IMG/VR virus record: IMGVR_UViG_2609460332_000008 | DNA length: 64,000 bases | Direction: 5' to 3' (one strand) | Source: a virus | Lineage: Duplodnaviria > Heunggongvirae > Uroviricota > Caudoviricetes | Shown: positions 18,565 to 27,166 of the stretch, piece by piece | Layout of the letters: each line of letters opens with the position of its first letter | How positions within the stretch are numbered: the stretch's first letter is position 1 | Made by a program: the position numbers and the translations under genes | The notes under the pieces: model-generated | The model's database searches: none | Seen by the model: the letters and a program-made list of their open reading frames with translations, nothing else | What the model was told of the DNA's origin: nothing

Positions 18565-20128
18565 GGCCGGTGTCCCCCAGCGCACGCGCCTTAAAGCACA
18601 CCTCCGCCAGTTGCAGGGCAAAGTCGTCCGCGTTCAGCGTTTCCTGAAGCTCAGGCAGACGTTTCAGAAAGTCATCAAAACTGTCGCATTCCTGCGCCAG
18701 TGTCAGCACCGGGTTCGTGAACACCTCGCCGGTTTTCTGCCAGTCACGCAGGGCATCATCCACCATCAGCGCCAGTTCGTCGGAGTGTTCACGGTTCAGG
18801 GCGACGCGCTCGCGGTTCATCGCCACATCACCTGACATTCCGGCAGACACCGGATGCAGAACATCAGCCCCGTCGTCCGGTTCAGCCAGGCCGAACCGGT
18901 CCCGCAGCTCCGATTCCTGAACCCGCATCCCCCGGTCAATCAGCGGCACCAGAGCATCTGTCAGCGCCTTCAGATCTTCCGCTTCACTGATACGCAGAAC
19001 AACACGGGGGTAGTGCGCCTGTGGCCCGTAGTTGGCCTCGATGTAGGGCCGCACCAGATATTCATTCAGCGTGTTAGCCAGCTGCCGCGCGTCCCAGCGC
19101 ACAATGTCCATGCGCACCTGATTGTGCACGTCCGCCTGTGAACGCGAACTGCCGTTATCCGTGGTCATGGTCTGCCCCAGCACAGCCTTACTGATTTGCG
19201 CATCACACCATTCCGCCATTTCACGGAACAGTGCGCCGCCGTTATTCCGGCTGGCGGTTTCCTTCATTTCCAGTTGCATGGACTGCGGAATGGCACACCC
19301 GGCATCCGAGGCAATGGAAGCAATCGCATCAATCAGCACGCGGATTTGCTCCTCCGTGGCGTTGGGGCCGTATTTCCCCACTGTAACCGGAATGCCGAAC
19401 TTTTCCGCAAATGCCCACCAGTCGCGCACGGTAAAGGATTTCAGCATGTACATCACCGCCACCAGACGGGCCAGACCGTTACGCAGCGGCAGACCGGATT
19501 TCAGGCGCGGCTGGTGAACAATGAATTTTCCCGGTGTCAGCGGTACGCCATCCACCGGTTCATCGTCAGTCAGCAGGCGGAACTGGCGCAGCGTGGTTTT
19601 TTCGGCTTTCAGAAAACGGGGATCAACCCACTCATAATCACGGGGCATCCAGTGGTTTTTGTGGGTATTCCACAGGATTTCACAGACCGCCACGCCTTTT
19701 CCCAGCCCGTCGAGCAAATCAAACATCAGTTCGGGGATTTGCGGGGCTTCCATCAGTGCACGGATGGCGTCCGCCAGTTGCACGTCAGCATCGTCATCAC
19801 TGGCGGCCACCACCACCGGTTCGATACCCGCCACCGTCAGCTTGCGGGTGCGCAGCACCGAGGCGTAATGCAAATCACGTTCTTCCATCTCTTCGGCAAG
19901 GATAAAAAAATCACGCGTGATGCCGTCGGCGGCATTGCGCAGAATGCCTGCCAGCCTGCCGGGATTCAGCCCGGAAGCAATGCTGATGCCCGGCGAGGCC
20001 GAACGTACGCCAGCCTGACGCGGGCGGGCCTGTGCTTCATTGAGCGCCTCTTTTTTCAGGGTGTCGCCCTCGCCGGTTGTCGGGTTCAGCAAATGACGAA
20101 CATCCCCGGTCTGTTGTTTCAGGTTCAC
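18557..20128 (-). CDS. Portal protein (Mu gp29-like)
   Basis: 523 aa directly downstream of the large terminase gene. Confidence 0.8.
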   Translation of the reverse strand: MNLKQQTGDVRHLLNPTTGEGDTLKKEALNEAQARPRQAGVRSASPGISIASGLNPGRLAGILRNAADGITRDFFILAEEMEERDLHYASVLRTRKLTVAGIEPVVVAASDDDADVQLADAIRALMEAPQIPELMFDLLDGLGKGVAVCEILWNTHKNHWMPRDYEWVDPRFLKAEKTTLRQFRLLTDDEPVDGVPLTPGKFIVHQPRLKSGLPLRNGLARLVAVMYMLKSFTVRDWWAFAEKFGIPVTVGKYGPNATEEQIRVLIDAIASIASDAGCAIPQSMQLEMKETASRNNGGALFREMAEWCDAQISKAVLGQTMTTDNGSSRSQADVHNQVRMDIVRWDARQLANTLNEYLVRPYIEANYGPQAHYPRVVLRISEAEDLKALTDALVPLIDRGMRVQESELRDRFGLAEPDDGADVLHPVSAGMSGDVAMNRERVALNREHSDELALMVDDALRDWQKTGEVFTNPVLTLAQECDSFDDFLKRLPELQETLNADDFALQLAEVCFKARALGDTGHA

Positions 20129-21660
20129 AGTAAACCTCCCTCATTTTTCAGGCCGCGTGTCAGCTTCATCTGGCGGCGCGTGTTGCCTTCTTCCGGTTTC
20201 GCCGGGCGGTTCAGGCGGTGCAGCTCGTAACGGTGGCAGTCATCCTTGCTGGCAAGGAAGCCCAGGAAAATGGCCACAGCGGCGTCGCCGTGACGCTTGC
20301 GGCCATCACTACCTTTAGTACGGGCATCGTCAATGCCGGGAACACCACGCAGTAACTGAATGGCCCCGAGGTCATTGATCACGTCTTCATGCTTCGGAAG
20401 GATCAGCTCATCATCTTCAAACGCTGCACGGAAACGGGGCATGTTTTCGCGGTAGAACGCCACGGACAGCATCACCTGTTCCACCTCATCGCCGTACCGC
20501 TCCGCCGCCTGTTCTGCCAGATACTGACCATTCCCCCGTGCATCCATTTTGATACCGTCACGACGGGGCAGACGATCGCAAAGCCAGAACAGCACCTGCT
20601 CCTGCTGTTTAAACGGCACATTGCCAAGCTCAACCAGGAACGGCACCTCGCGGGTGGTGTCATCGTTCACCGTCACCGGGGCCAGTACGGTCAGGTCACC
20701 CGAACGCGCAAAGTCTTCCCCCAGACAGTGGCGCAGGTTCTTCGGGAGTTTTTCCAGCTCGGGACGCACCACTGTTTCCAGCCATTCCCGGATATCTGCC
20801 CGGCGCTGACTTTCCGTCAGTGCGTTAAATTCCGGTGTGCCGGTAAAGCGCAACACTTTTCCGGTGCCACGGGCCGCACGTTCACGCAGTGAGCGGGGGA
20901 TATACGTGCCGCCGCCGTTTTTCGGGACGCAGTAATATTCCTCCAGGGCGTCTTCGCGGGTGGCGGTATTTCGCAGCAGGCCTTCTTTCCATTCCGCTTC
21001 GGCTTCCGGTGACCACACCATGCCGCGCACCTGACAGATACGCCGGTACAGCCCGTCATTGCAGGCGTCATCCAGCGTGATGGTGTGAATGCGGTAATCC
21101 CGTTTTCCTGCGCGGCTTTCCAGAATCAGCTGGTTAAACAGGTTGTCCACGCCGTCATGGGTGGAAATAAGGCGAATTTTTCCGCCCCATGTTTTCAGCG
21201 GCAGCACAGCCTTCAGCAGCTCGTCCAGTTTTTCATGGAACGCGGCCTCGTCGATGGTGACATTCCCCTGCATCCCGCGAATGTTGCTCGGGTTGCTGGA
21301 CAGTGCCTTGACCTTAAAACCGCTGGCGAAGTACACGACGAACGTCAGAATGTCCTTGTCTTCGTCGGTGATCACTTCCTCGCAGATTTCTTCCGCTGCC
21401 GCATTAAACGCTTTCGCCCACATCGCCACGGCGTCGATAAATTCGCGGGCCATCTCCTTATTCGAACCGATATAAAAGTGATCGCGCCCGCCGAATTCCT
21501 TCTTCAGTGATGCAGTCAGTGCCGCATCTGCCGCCTCCGCCCAGGTTAAACCGGTACGGCGGGATTTCTCGGCGATTTTCAGGTCGGCATCATCCGCCAC
21601 CCAGCGTTTCTGATACGGCAGCAGAACATCGGATTCACTGAACGTGTTCATCTGTGTCAT
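20125..21660 (-). CDS. Terminase large subunit (Mu gp28-like)
   Basis: 511 aa between small terminase and portal genes. Confidence 0.8.
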   Translation of the reverse strand: MTQMNTFSESDVLLPYQKRWVADDADLKIAEKSRRTGLTWAEAADAALTASLKKEFGGRDHFYIGSNKEMAREFIDAVAMWAKAFNAAAEEICEEVITDEDKDILTFVVYFASGFKVKALSSNPSNIRGMQGNVTIDEAAFHEKLDELLKAVLPLKTWGGKIRLISTHDGVDNLFNQLILESRAGKRDYRIHTITLDDACNDGLYRRICQVRGMVWSPEAEAEWKEGLLRNTATREDALEEYYCVPKNGGGTYIPRSLRERAARGTGKVLRFTGTPEFNALTESQRRADIREWLETVVRPELEKLPKNLRHCLGEDFARSGDLTVLAPVTVNDDTTREVPFLVELGNVPFKQQEQVLFWLCDRLPRRDGIKMDARGNGQYLAEQAAERYGDEVEQVMLSVAFYRENMPRFRAAFEDDELILPKHEDVINDLGAIQLLRGVPGIDDARTKGSDGRKRHGDAAVAIFLGFLASKDDCHRYELHRLNRPAKPEEGNTRRQMKLTRGLKNEGGLL

Positions 21661-22238
21661 GCGCTAATCCCCAGAAGTTCACGTTTGATGGTGTCAGCCG
21701 CACCGCCTGACAGACCGCCCGTTCTGACCAGTTCTTCGGTTTTCTCTGCCATCTCCTGCGCAAACGCATCGCGGATCGCTTTCTCGCGTTTATGGCTGGT
21801 CATGGCTGCCGCTTCCAGACGTTGGGCAACCAGCGCCAGTTGGCCCAGCGCCTTCGGTGCAACAGGTTTGTCATCTTCTGCCATCGACATGGACGTTTCA
21901 AAGGCCAGCGTTTTTACAAACTCCATCAGCAGCTTGCCGACGTCTGACGTCGGCGCGGAACCCAGCTTTGCCGCCCAGACTTCGGCCATTTCGCGGGAGG
22001 CGCGGATTTTGGCCCCGACTTTTTCCATGCGGATGGCATAGCGGTTTAAGCCCGTCCGGCTTAACTGCATCTCTTCCGGCAGGTTATGTTCGTCAATCAG
22101 GGCGTTGATGGCTTCGCGGATTTCTTCCTGTGTGTGCCGCTTTTCCCGCAGCATCTGATGCAACTGCTCCCGGATGCTGTCCGGGAGTAAATCCACTTTG
22201 GAAAGACGGCCACGGGTGGGGCGTTGTTCATTTTCCAT
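21657..22238 (-). CDS. Terminase small subunit-like protein (Mu gp27-like)
   Basis: AGGAGGG RBS before the ATG at 22238; overlaps the large terminase start. Confidence 0.7.
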   Translation of the reverse strand: MENEQRPTRGRLSKVDLLPDSIREQLHQMLREKRHTQEEIREAINALIDEHNLPEEMQLSRTGLNRYAIRMEKVGAKIRASREMAEVWAAKLGSAPTSDVGKLLMEFVKTLAFETSMSMAEDDKPVAPKALGQLALVAQRLEAAAMTSHKREKAIRDAFAQEMAEKTEELVRTGGLSGGAADTIKRELLGISA

Positions 22239-22675
22239 GTGTGCCCTCCTGTTGCTCACTACGCTGTGAACTTTCGTATGCAGATTTCAGCGCGCCACTC
22301 TGGATTTCACGCCATGTCAGGTTGTGCGCCAGACGGCGGAGTTCATCACGGGACGCTTTACTTATCGGATTCTTTTTACGGTTCACGACGGCCCCCGTCT
22401 TCAGTTCCCGGTGTTTTCAGACCGGCGTATATTTCTTCGCGAACGGAGCGGATATCCTTACCCAGCAGCTTCCACAGCCGCGCACATGCCGGTGATGAAC
22501 GCAGGGCACGTTTCATGGGGGTATCCGGTGCATCCGGGTTCCAGGGCTTTCCGGTCTGTTGTTCGTATGCACGGACAATGGCGTTTTGCTCAATATCTGC
22601 CAGCACAAGGCAGTACGCCAGTTGCCGCACGACGGCCCGTTCTCCGCGACTTAACGGCTTCAGTTTTCGGGCCAT
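22239..22675 (-). pseudogene. Mu gp26-like gene apparently split by a +1 frameshift at a G5 tract
   Basis: The 99-aa ORF (22376..22675) stops just after a GGGGG run (plus-strand CCCCC at 22392..22396); the +1 frame then runs ~60 codons to a stop overlapping the terminase small subunit ATG. Confidence 0.5.
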
Positions 22676-22677
22676 GC

Positions 22678-22971
22678 TCAGTCCCTCGCACGGGGTTTTT
22701 TAACGCCCGGAACGCTGGACAGGCCGTTTGCCACATCCTCGCCGCTGCCGGTGATTTCAGCCACGTAACAGCCGCCCACATCAGACAGACGAACCAGCCC
22801 CTGCTCGCGCAGCCATGCAAGCTGGGTGCGCACCACATCACGGGATACCTTATGACCGTAGGCCTGAAGGCAGGTCTGCAACACGGATTCATTCGCGCTG
22901 TCGCCACAGTCCAGCAGGGAACGCAGCAACACAAGACGACGGTCTTCAGTGAGGATCTCTTTCATCGCCAT
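22678..22971 (-). CDS. Small phage protein, possible winged-helix
   Basis: 97-aa ORF in the late region. Confidence 0.45.
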   Translation of the reverse strand: MAMKEILTEDRRLVLLRSLLDCGDSANESVLQTCLQAYGHKVSRDVVRTQLAWLREQGLVRLSDVGGCYVAEITGSGEDVANGLSSVPGVKKPRARD

Positions 22972-23276
22972 TATTTTTTTTCCTTTAACTCGTTCTCTAA
23001 TAACAAATCGCTGATGCGGGATACCTGGCGGATGGATGGCCCCAGCTCTTTGATTTCTCCCCGCAGGTTGCTGATATCCAGTTGCAGGCGGTGGAACTCA
23101 TCACGGTCGGGTAAATGGTGTACCTGGCTTTCCATCACCGACATGCGGGAACGGAGTGAATCAAACTCTTCGCGTTTGACGTAGGTTTTCGCCAGAATCA
23201 GCTGAAGCAGGTTTATTCCTGTCATCAGCAATGCCCACAGAATGGGCCAGTTGGCTCTGATCATTTCCCAGGACAC
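22971..23276 (-). CDS. Membrane-anchored coiled-coil protein; possible lysis accessory (i-spanin-like or releasin-like)
   Basis: N-terminal hydrophobic segment followed by a predicted helical region. Confidence 0.45.
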   Translation of the reverse strand: MSWEMIRANWPILWALLMTGINLLQLILAKTYVKREEFDSLRSRMSVMESQVHHLPDRDEFHRLQLDISNLRGEIKELGPSIRQVSRISDLLLENELKEKK

Positions 23277-23488
23277 GTTTTCCTCCTGCGTTCCCGCATC
23301 TGCTGACAGTCAATACAGGTCACCACATCCGGCAGCGCCGCAAGGCGCTGTGCCGGAATAACGTTCCCGCAGTCATTGCAGAAGCCCCGGCTGTGGGGCG
23401 CTTCTTTTGCCCGCGTCTGCCAGGCTTTAACGACGCTCTGACGCTCGTTCAGAACCACTTCACTGATGCGGTCGATTTCGTCGGTCAT
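23261..23488 (-). CDS. TraR/DksA-family C4 zinc-finger protein
   Basis: CNDCGNVIPAQR...CIDC motif in a 75-aa protein. Confidence 0.7.
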   Translation of the reverse strand: MTDEIDRISEVVLNERQSVVKAWQTRAKEAPHSRGFCNDCGNVIPAQRLAALPDVVTCIDCQQMRERRRKTCPGK

Positions 23489-24093
23489 TTCGGCCCCGCA
23501 GACATTTTGTGACGGCTCGATTTGCTGTAACGGGCAAAACCGTCAAGGGTTCTTACGCCGAGATAGCCCAGCGCCGGGGTAAGCAACATCAGCGTGATAT
23601 CCCAGTCCGGTGACGGCATATGCAGCGAGATACCTCTGGCACAGGCAATGGCTCCGGCAATCTGGCCGCAGGAGAGCAACAGCACATAGGCCAGACTGCT
23701 GTAACAGGAAAGGCGGGCCAGCAGCGGGCGCGTCTGGCGCACATAGCTGTCCGTGGCGTTGTCACCATTGCGGATGGTTTCCTGCTGTTCGTGGTGTGCG
23801 GCCTGCTGGTCAGCCAGCACCAGCTTCTGCCGTTCCACCTCCAGCTGTTGCAGCTGAATTTTCAGGGTTTCCAGTTGCACCAGTTGCTCCGGTGACAGCA
23901 TCACCAGTTTTTGTTCCAGAATGCGTTGCTGTTCAGCAACGGGAAGGCTTTCCCGGACGCTTTCCACCATACCGGCCACCGAGTCAGCGGCGGCAGATGT
24001 ACTGCCACCAAACCAGCGCCCGACGGAACGAATCAGCCCCGGCCCGGCTTTCAGCAGAACAGAGGCGATGCCTGAAAGGGTTAACGGATCCAC
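23485..24093 (-). CDS. Putative holin-like membrane protein; start inferred at an internal GTG
   Basis: C-terminal hydrophobic segments; GGAGG RBS 7 nt before the GTG overlapping the upstream stop. Confidence 0.5.
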   Translation of the reverse strand: MDPLTLSGIASVLLKAGPGLIRSVGRWFGGSTSAAADSVAGMVESVRESLPVAEQQRILEQKLVMLSPEQLVQLETLKIQLQQLEVERQKLVLADQQAAHHEQQETIRNGDNATDSYVRQTRPLLARLSCYSSLAYVLLLSCGQIAGAIACARGISLHMPSPDWDITLMLLTPALGYLGVRTLDGFARYSKSSRHKMSAGPK

Positions 24094-24494
24094 GGGAAAC
24101 CTCCATACAGATAACGCTGAAGACAGAGCAGACCGCCGCAACTGCCACCACACAGCCAGAACACCGGATGCACCGGTGACATCATCATCAGCGTGCTGAA
24201 GACGCAGCAGAAATATCCCAGCGCCCAGACCACCCATGACCACACGATGATGTGGCGACCAAAAGCCCGGTAACGGACCTCAGGCAGCAGGCGAAATGGC
24301 ACATTCCCGAGGCTTGCGCTGTATGAAAACAACACCACCCCGGCAAAGGACAACAACATCAACACGAACGATCGCCAGCCACATAACATGCTGATGATGA
24401 ACATGCAGAGTGTCAGTCCGGCCAGCGGCCATGGGGTTCTCATCAGTCGGGAACAAAGCAGCCAGTCACACAGTTTTAAAATTTTGTTCATTAC
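24081..24494 (-). CDS. Multi-pass membrane protein in the lysis cassette
   Basis: Several hydrophobic helices; AAGG RBS before MNKILKL... Confidence 0.5.
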   Translation of the reverse strand, partial: VMNKILKLCDWLLCSRLMRTPWPLAGLTLCMFIISMLCGWRSFVLMLLSFAGVVLFSYSASLGNVPFRLLPEVRYRAFGRHIIVWSWVVWALGYFCCVFSTLMMMSPVHPVFWLCGGSCGGLLCLQRYLYGGFPWIR

Positions 24495-24717
24495 CTTTTT
24501 CCACATTGAATTTTTCCCTGTACTTCTGGCACTGCCAGAAAATGTCCCGTGTATCCACGGAGTTCCAGCCACGCATGTAGTAGCTGGCGTGTGTGCCGTC
24601 ATGGCCGGTATAGTCCAGCGGTTTCGGGGGCGGACCTCCGGCCATGCGGTGCAGAACCTCCTGACGCAGGCGGTCACGCCGCCCGGCTTTCAGTGAGGCA
24701 TCCCAGCCTTTGCCCAT
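24466..24717 (-). CDS. Hypothetical protein coupled to the endolysin gene
   Basis: ATG one nt after the endolysin stop (TGAtATG). Confidence 0.4.
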   Translation of the reverse strand: MGKGWDASLKAGRRDRLRQEVLHRMAGGPPPKPLDYTGHDGTHASYYMRGWNSVDTRDIFWQCQKYREKFNVEKGNEQNFKTV

Positions 24718-24718
24718 A

Positions 24719-25315
24719 TCACCCCCGCGTGGCGGACATGATGCCCAGAGGGGTATCGATGATTTCCAGACAGGCGTCGGTCAGTTTTTCCATGCGGTTA
24801 AACCAGCCGTTCAGGTATTTACCCTGGGCGGGTTTTGACTTGATGATGTCGGCATAAAAGCGGGAACGACGGACAATGCAGCGGGCCAGCAACCAGTCCG
24901 GGGTGAACAGACTCACGGCCTTACGGGTACGTGGGCCGATGATGCCGTCAGCATCCACATCAGCGGCTTCCTGCAAAATTTTGATGGCTTTTTTAACGCC
25001 ATGCTGAACCGCTGCATCGAACACAAACATCGCCACGCCATCAGGCCACTGGTCACATCCGGCAGGCAGCCAGTAATCGCGCCAGTAAATCTGCGCGACC
25101 TGTTCGCGGGTTAAATCCTTAATGCGGGTATCCGGTTTGCCGTCGCCGTTGACATCGGTTTTGCCGTCAATCACACCGTCGCGGCGGTCAGAAATGCCGT
25201 ATTTGGTTTCGCCGCCACGGTCAGTGGGGTCATTGACATAGACGCCTTCGATATCGGGACGCAGAATGAAATTCAGCGCATGCTCAAAGGCCGGGGAGAA
25301 TTTTTGATTTTCCAT
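24719..25315 (-). CDS. Endolysin, GH108-type muramidase with peptidoglycan-binding domain
   Basis: ...DPTDRGGETKYGIS... N-terminal motif typical of GH108 followed by a PG-binding-like region. Confidence 0.7.
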   Translation of the reverse strand: MENQKFSPAFEHALNFILRPDIEGVYVNDPTDRGGETKYGISDRRDGVIDGKTDVNGDGKPDTRIKDLTREQVAQIYWRDYWLPAGCDQWPDGVAMFVFDAAVQHGVKKAIKILQEAADVDADGIIGPRTRKAVSLFTPDWLLARCIVRRSRFYADIIKSKPAQGKYLNGWFNRMEKLTDACLEIIDTPLGIMSATRG

Positions 25316-25370
25316 AAAAGCACCTGTGAAGCAGATTTAAACGTGGTCTGCTTCATGGTGCCGGAGGCAT

Positions 25371-25396
25371 AAAAAAAGCCGGATTTACCGGCTTCA
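25371..25396 (-). promoter_or_regulatory. Dyad element, copy 2, about 60 bp upstream of the endolysin gene and just after mor
   Basis: Identical to 17636..17661; minus strand reads AAGCCGGTAAATCCGGCTTTTTTT. Confidence 0.6.
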
Positions 25397-25400
25397 TTGA

Positions 25401-25850
25401 TTAAGGGCGTCGTGGCGGACGACGAACGGGGTGAGGCAGGTTCGGGGAGGGGTAAAACAAATCCGGCTGGTATTTATTGCGCTCCAGACGTCGCATCCGT
25501 TTGATGGCCTTGTAGACGGTTTTATACGTCACCCCGTAACGCTGAACCAGTTCAGGAATATTATGGCCGTTAAAATCACGCCAGATACGCATATCCCGGA
25601 CAAGATTCTCCAGAATATTCCCCCTCGGAACATAAACCTGCATCCCGCCGATATGGCGACAAATCGCCACAACCAGCTCAAGGGAATGGGCAGGGTCTGC
25701 ACCAATCCGGGCCAGTTCTTTACGCAGCAGTGCGTTCAGTTCAGAAAGTAACGCCGGATAAGCGGTGTTTTCCTGGTAATCATGAAGATATTCCAGAACG
25801 CTGTCGTCCCGAAGGTCTTCGAATAAATCCTGCTCTTTCATCTGTTTCAT
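25401..25850 (-). CDS. mor: Mor/C-family transcription activator
   Basis: Matches the Mor/C family as I recall it (DLFEDLRDD..., ...GVTYKTVYKAIKRMRRL... HTH); sits directly after gemA. Confidence 0.8.
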   Translation of the reverse strand: MKQMKEQDLFEDLRDDSVLEYLHDYQENTAYPALLSELNALLRKELARIGADPAHSLELVVAICRHIGGMQVYVPRGNILENLVRDMRIWRDFNGHNIPELVQRYGVTYKTVYKAIKRMRRLERNKYQPDLFYPSPNLPHPVRRPPRRP

Positions 25851-26398
25851 ACAGCAATTCTCCCGCTGTTTCGTGCGCGGGCATACGCACTGGTCAGTGC
25901 ATCATAGCCGCGCAGCTCCCGCCCGGTTTCGCTCACAGGTAAAGGCACACCATGTCGGGCAAAGGCTTCCCGGATGCAGCGCATATGCCACTGTTTGAGC
26001 GTTTCGAGCACAATCTGCAACGATTCCCCGTGACACCATGCCAGCGTGGAAACACCCTGACCGCCATTACGTCTGGCCGTCAGGCGTTCAACGTATTTGT
26101 CCAGCGCGGCGTCGCTGATATCGGAAACGAAACCATCAAGGAACATCTGCTGCCAGATTTTGTAAATCTTCTCGCGCGGTGTGACATGCCCCTTAAAGCG
26201 ACGGCGGGGATGTTTTTTCTGCTTCTTAAAACCGCGCTCTTTCATGGCATCGAGCACCTGTTCCAGTTGTGCGACAGTCAGCTCGCGGCAACTGGTCTTG
26301 CCTGTGCACTGCACCAGAAAGGCGCGGTAAGTGTCATCGTCGAGTTGTAGATCACGACGGGCGACATGAATTAATTTAATCAGGGATGTGCGATTCAT
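25847..26398 (-). CDS. gemA: GemA-like protein (Mu gp16)
   Basis: GGAGG RBS before the ATG at 26398; position before mor. Confidence 0.65.
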   Translation of the reverse strand: MNRTSLIKLIHVARRDLQLDDDTYRAFLVQCTGKTSCRELTVAQLEQVLDAMKERGFKKQKKHPRRRFKGHVTPREKIYKIWQQMFLDGFVSDISDAALDKYVERLTARRNGGQGVSTLAWCHGESLQIVLETLKQWHMRCIREAFARHGVPLPVSETGRELRGYDALTSAYARARNSGRIAV

Positions 26399-26471
26399 TA
26401 TCGTACCTCCAGAAAAGGGGGCGGTGCGGCAACACCGCCAGAATCCACTCACTAAACAGAGGAAGCTTTTT

Positions 26472-26738
26472 ATGAAAAACAGTGAACAACCTTATGATGT
26501 TGCAGGGTATACCATTGCCTCAAGGTTGCTGATACTCCTTGTCAGAAAGGGGCTGATTACCGCAGAGGAAGGAAAAACAATCCTCAAATCCGCTGCAGTC
26601 GTAGCTGCAGAGGCTCCGGTATTGAGAACAACGAATGATTCCGCCCTGCAAATATCGCAGCTAATCACTGAAACCATCAGTTTGTTAGACCAAGATCCTG
26701 ATGAATATCAAAAGCCTCAGCCATCTGAGCATCCGTAA
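26472..26738 (+). CDS. Hypothetical 88-aa protein on the opposite strand to the surrounding operon; AT-rich
   Basis: GAGGA RBS 9 nt before the ATG; rare codons; 3' end overlaps the convergent gene 26677..26991 by ~60 bp. Confidence 0.45.
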   Translation: MKNSEQPYDVAGYTIASRLLILLVRKGLITAEEGKTILKSAAVVAAEAPVLRTTNDSALQISQLITETISLLDQDPDEYQKPQPSEHP

Positions 26739-26991
26739 GAATATCTTTATTTGATAGCCCCAGCCTGCGACGAATGTATTCCTCGCGGGCTGCTTCATTT
26801 TGTAGCGCCACGGCAGCTTCCACCTGGTTCATTTCACGGTTAATAATGCTCCGGACTTCTCTGGCGGTGAGGTCATGCTCAATACCATATTTAACGATAT
26901 CGTGCATACGTTCCAGCATCTTTAAATTAGCCATGACGCCATCAATATCAACTGGTGTGAATTTCATTTCTTTATTCTCTGGTTTATTCAT
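26677..26991 (-). CDS. Hypothetical 104-aa helical protein, AT-rich accessory gene
   Basis: GAGG RBS before the ATG at 26991. Confidence 0.5.
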   Translation of the reverse strand: MNKPENKEMKFTPVDIDGVMANLKMLERMHDIVKYGIEHDLTAREVRSIINREMNQVEAAVALQNEAAREEYIRRRLGLSNKDILTDAQMAEAFDIHQDLGLTN

Positions 26992-27166
26992 TTCGTAATA
27001 CCTCTTCGCAATAAAAGATTTCACTGGGATAACGTTTTTGTATGCGCTCCATCACCTGCATACATGCCTGTTCTGTGGGCCAGATTTTTTCCGTTACCGG
27101 AATGGCATCGCAGGCATCATTCCCACAGGTGCCAACCAGCAGGACAAAGCCAATTGACTTAATCAT
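26984..27166 (-). CDS. Small Cys-containing protein with hydrophobic N-terminus
   Basis: 60 aa, four Cys; start overlaps the upstream stop (ATGATTAA). Confidence 0.45.
   Translation of the reverse strand: MIKSIGFVLLVGTCGNDACDAIPVTEKIWPTEQACMQVMERIQKRYPSEIFYCEEVLRNE

Noticed and set aside
24081-24677. Longest-ORF versions of the lysis-cassette genes (24081..24677 and 23485..24243), which overlap each other by 160-200 nt
   Set aside because: The extended N-termini have no RBS and overlap neighbouring genes; internal starts with clear Shine-Dalgarno sequences (24494, and GTG at 24093) give non-overlapping, coupled genes.
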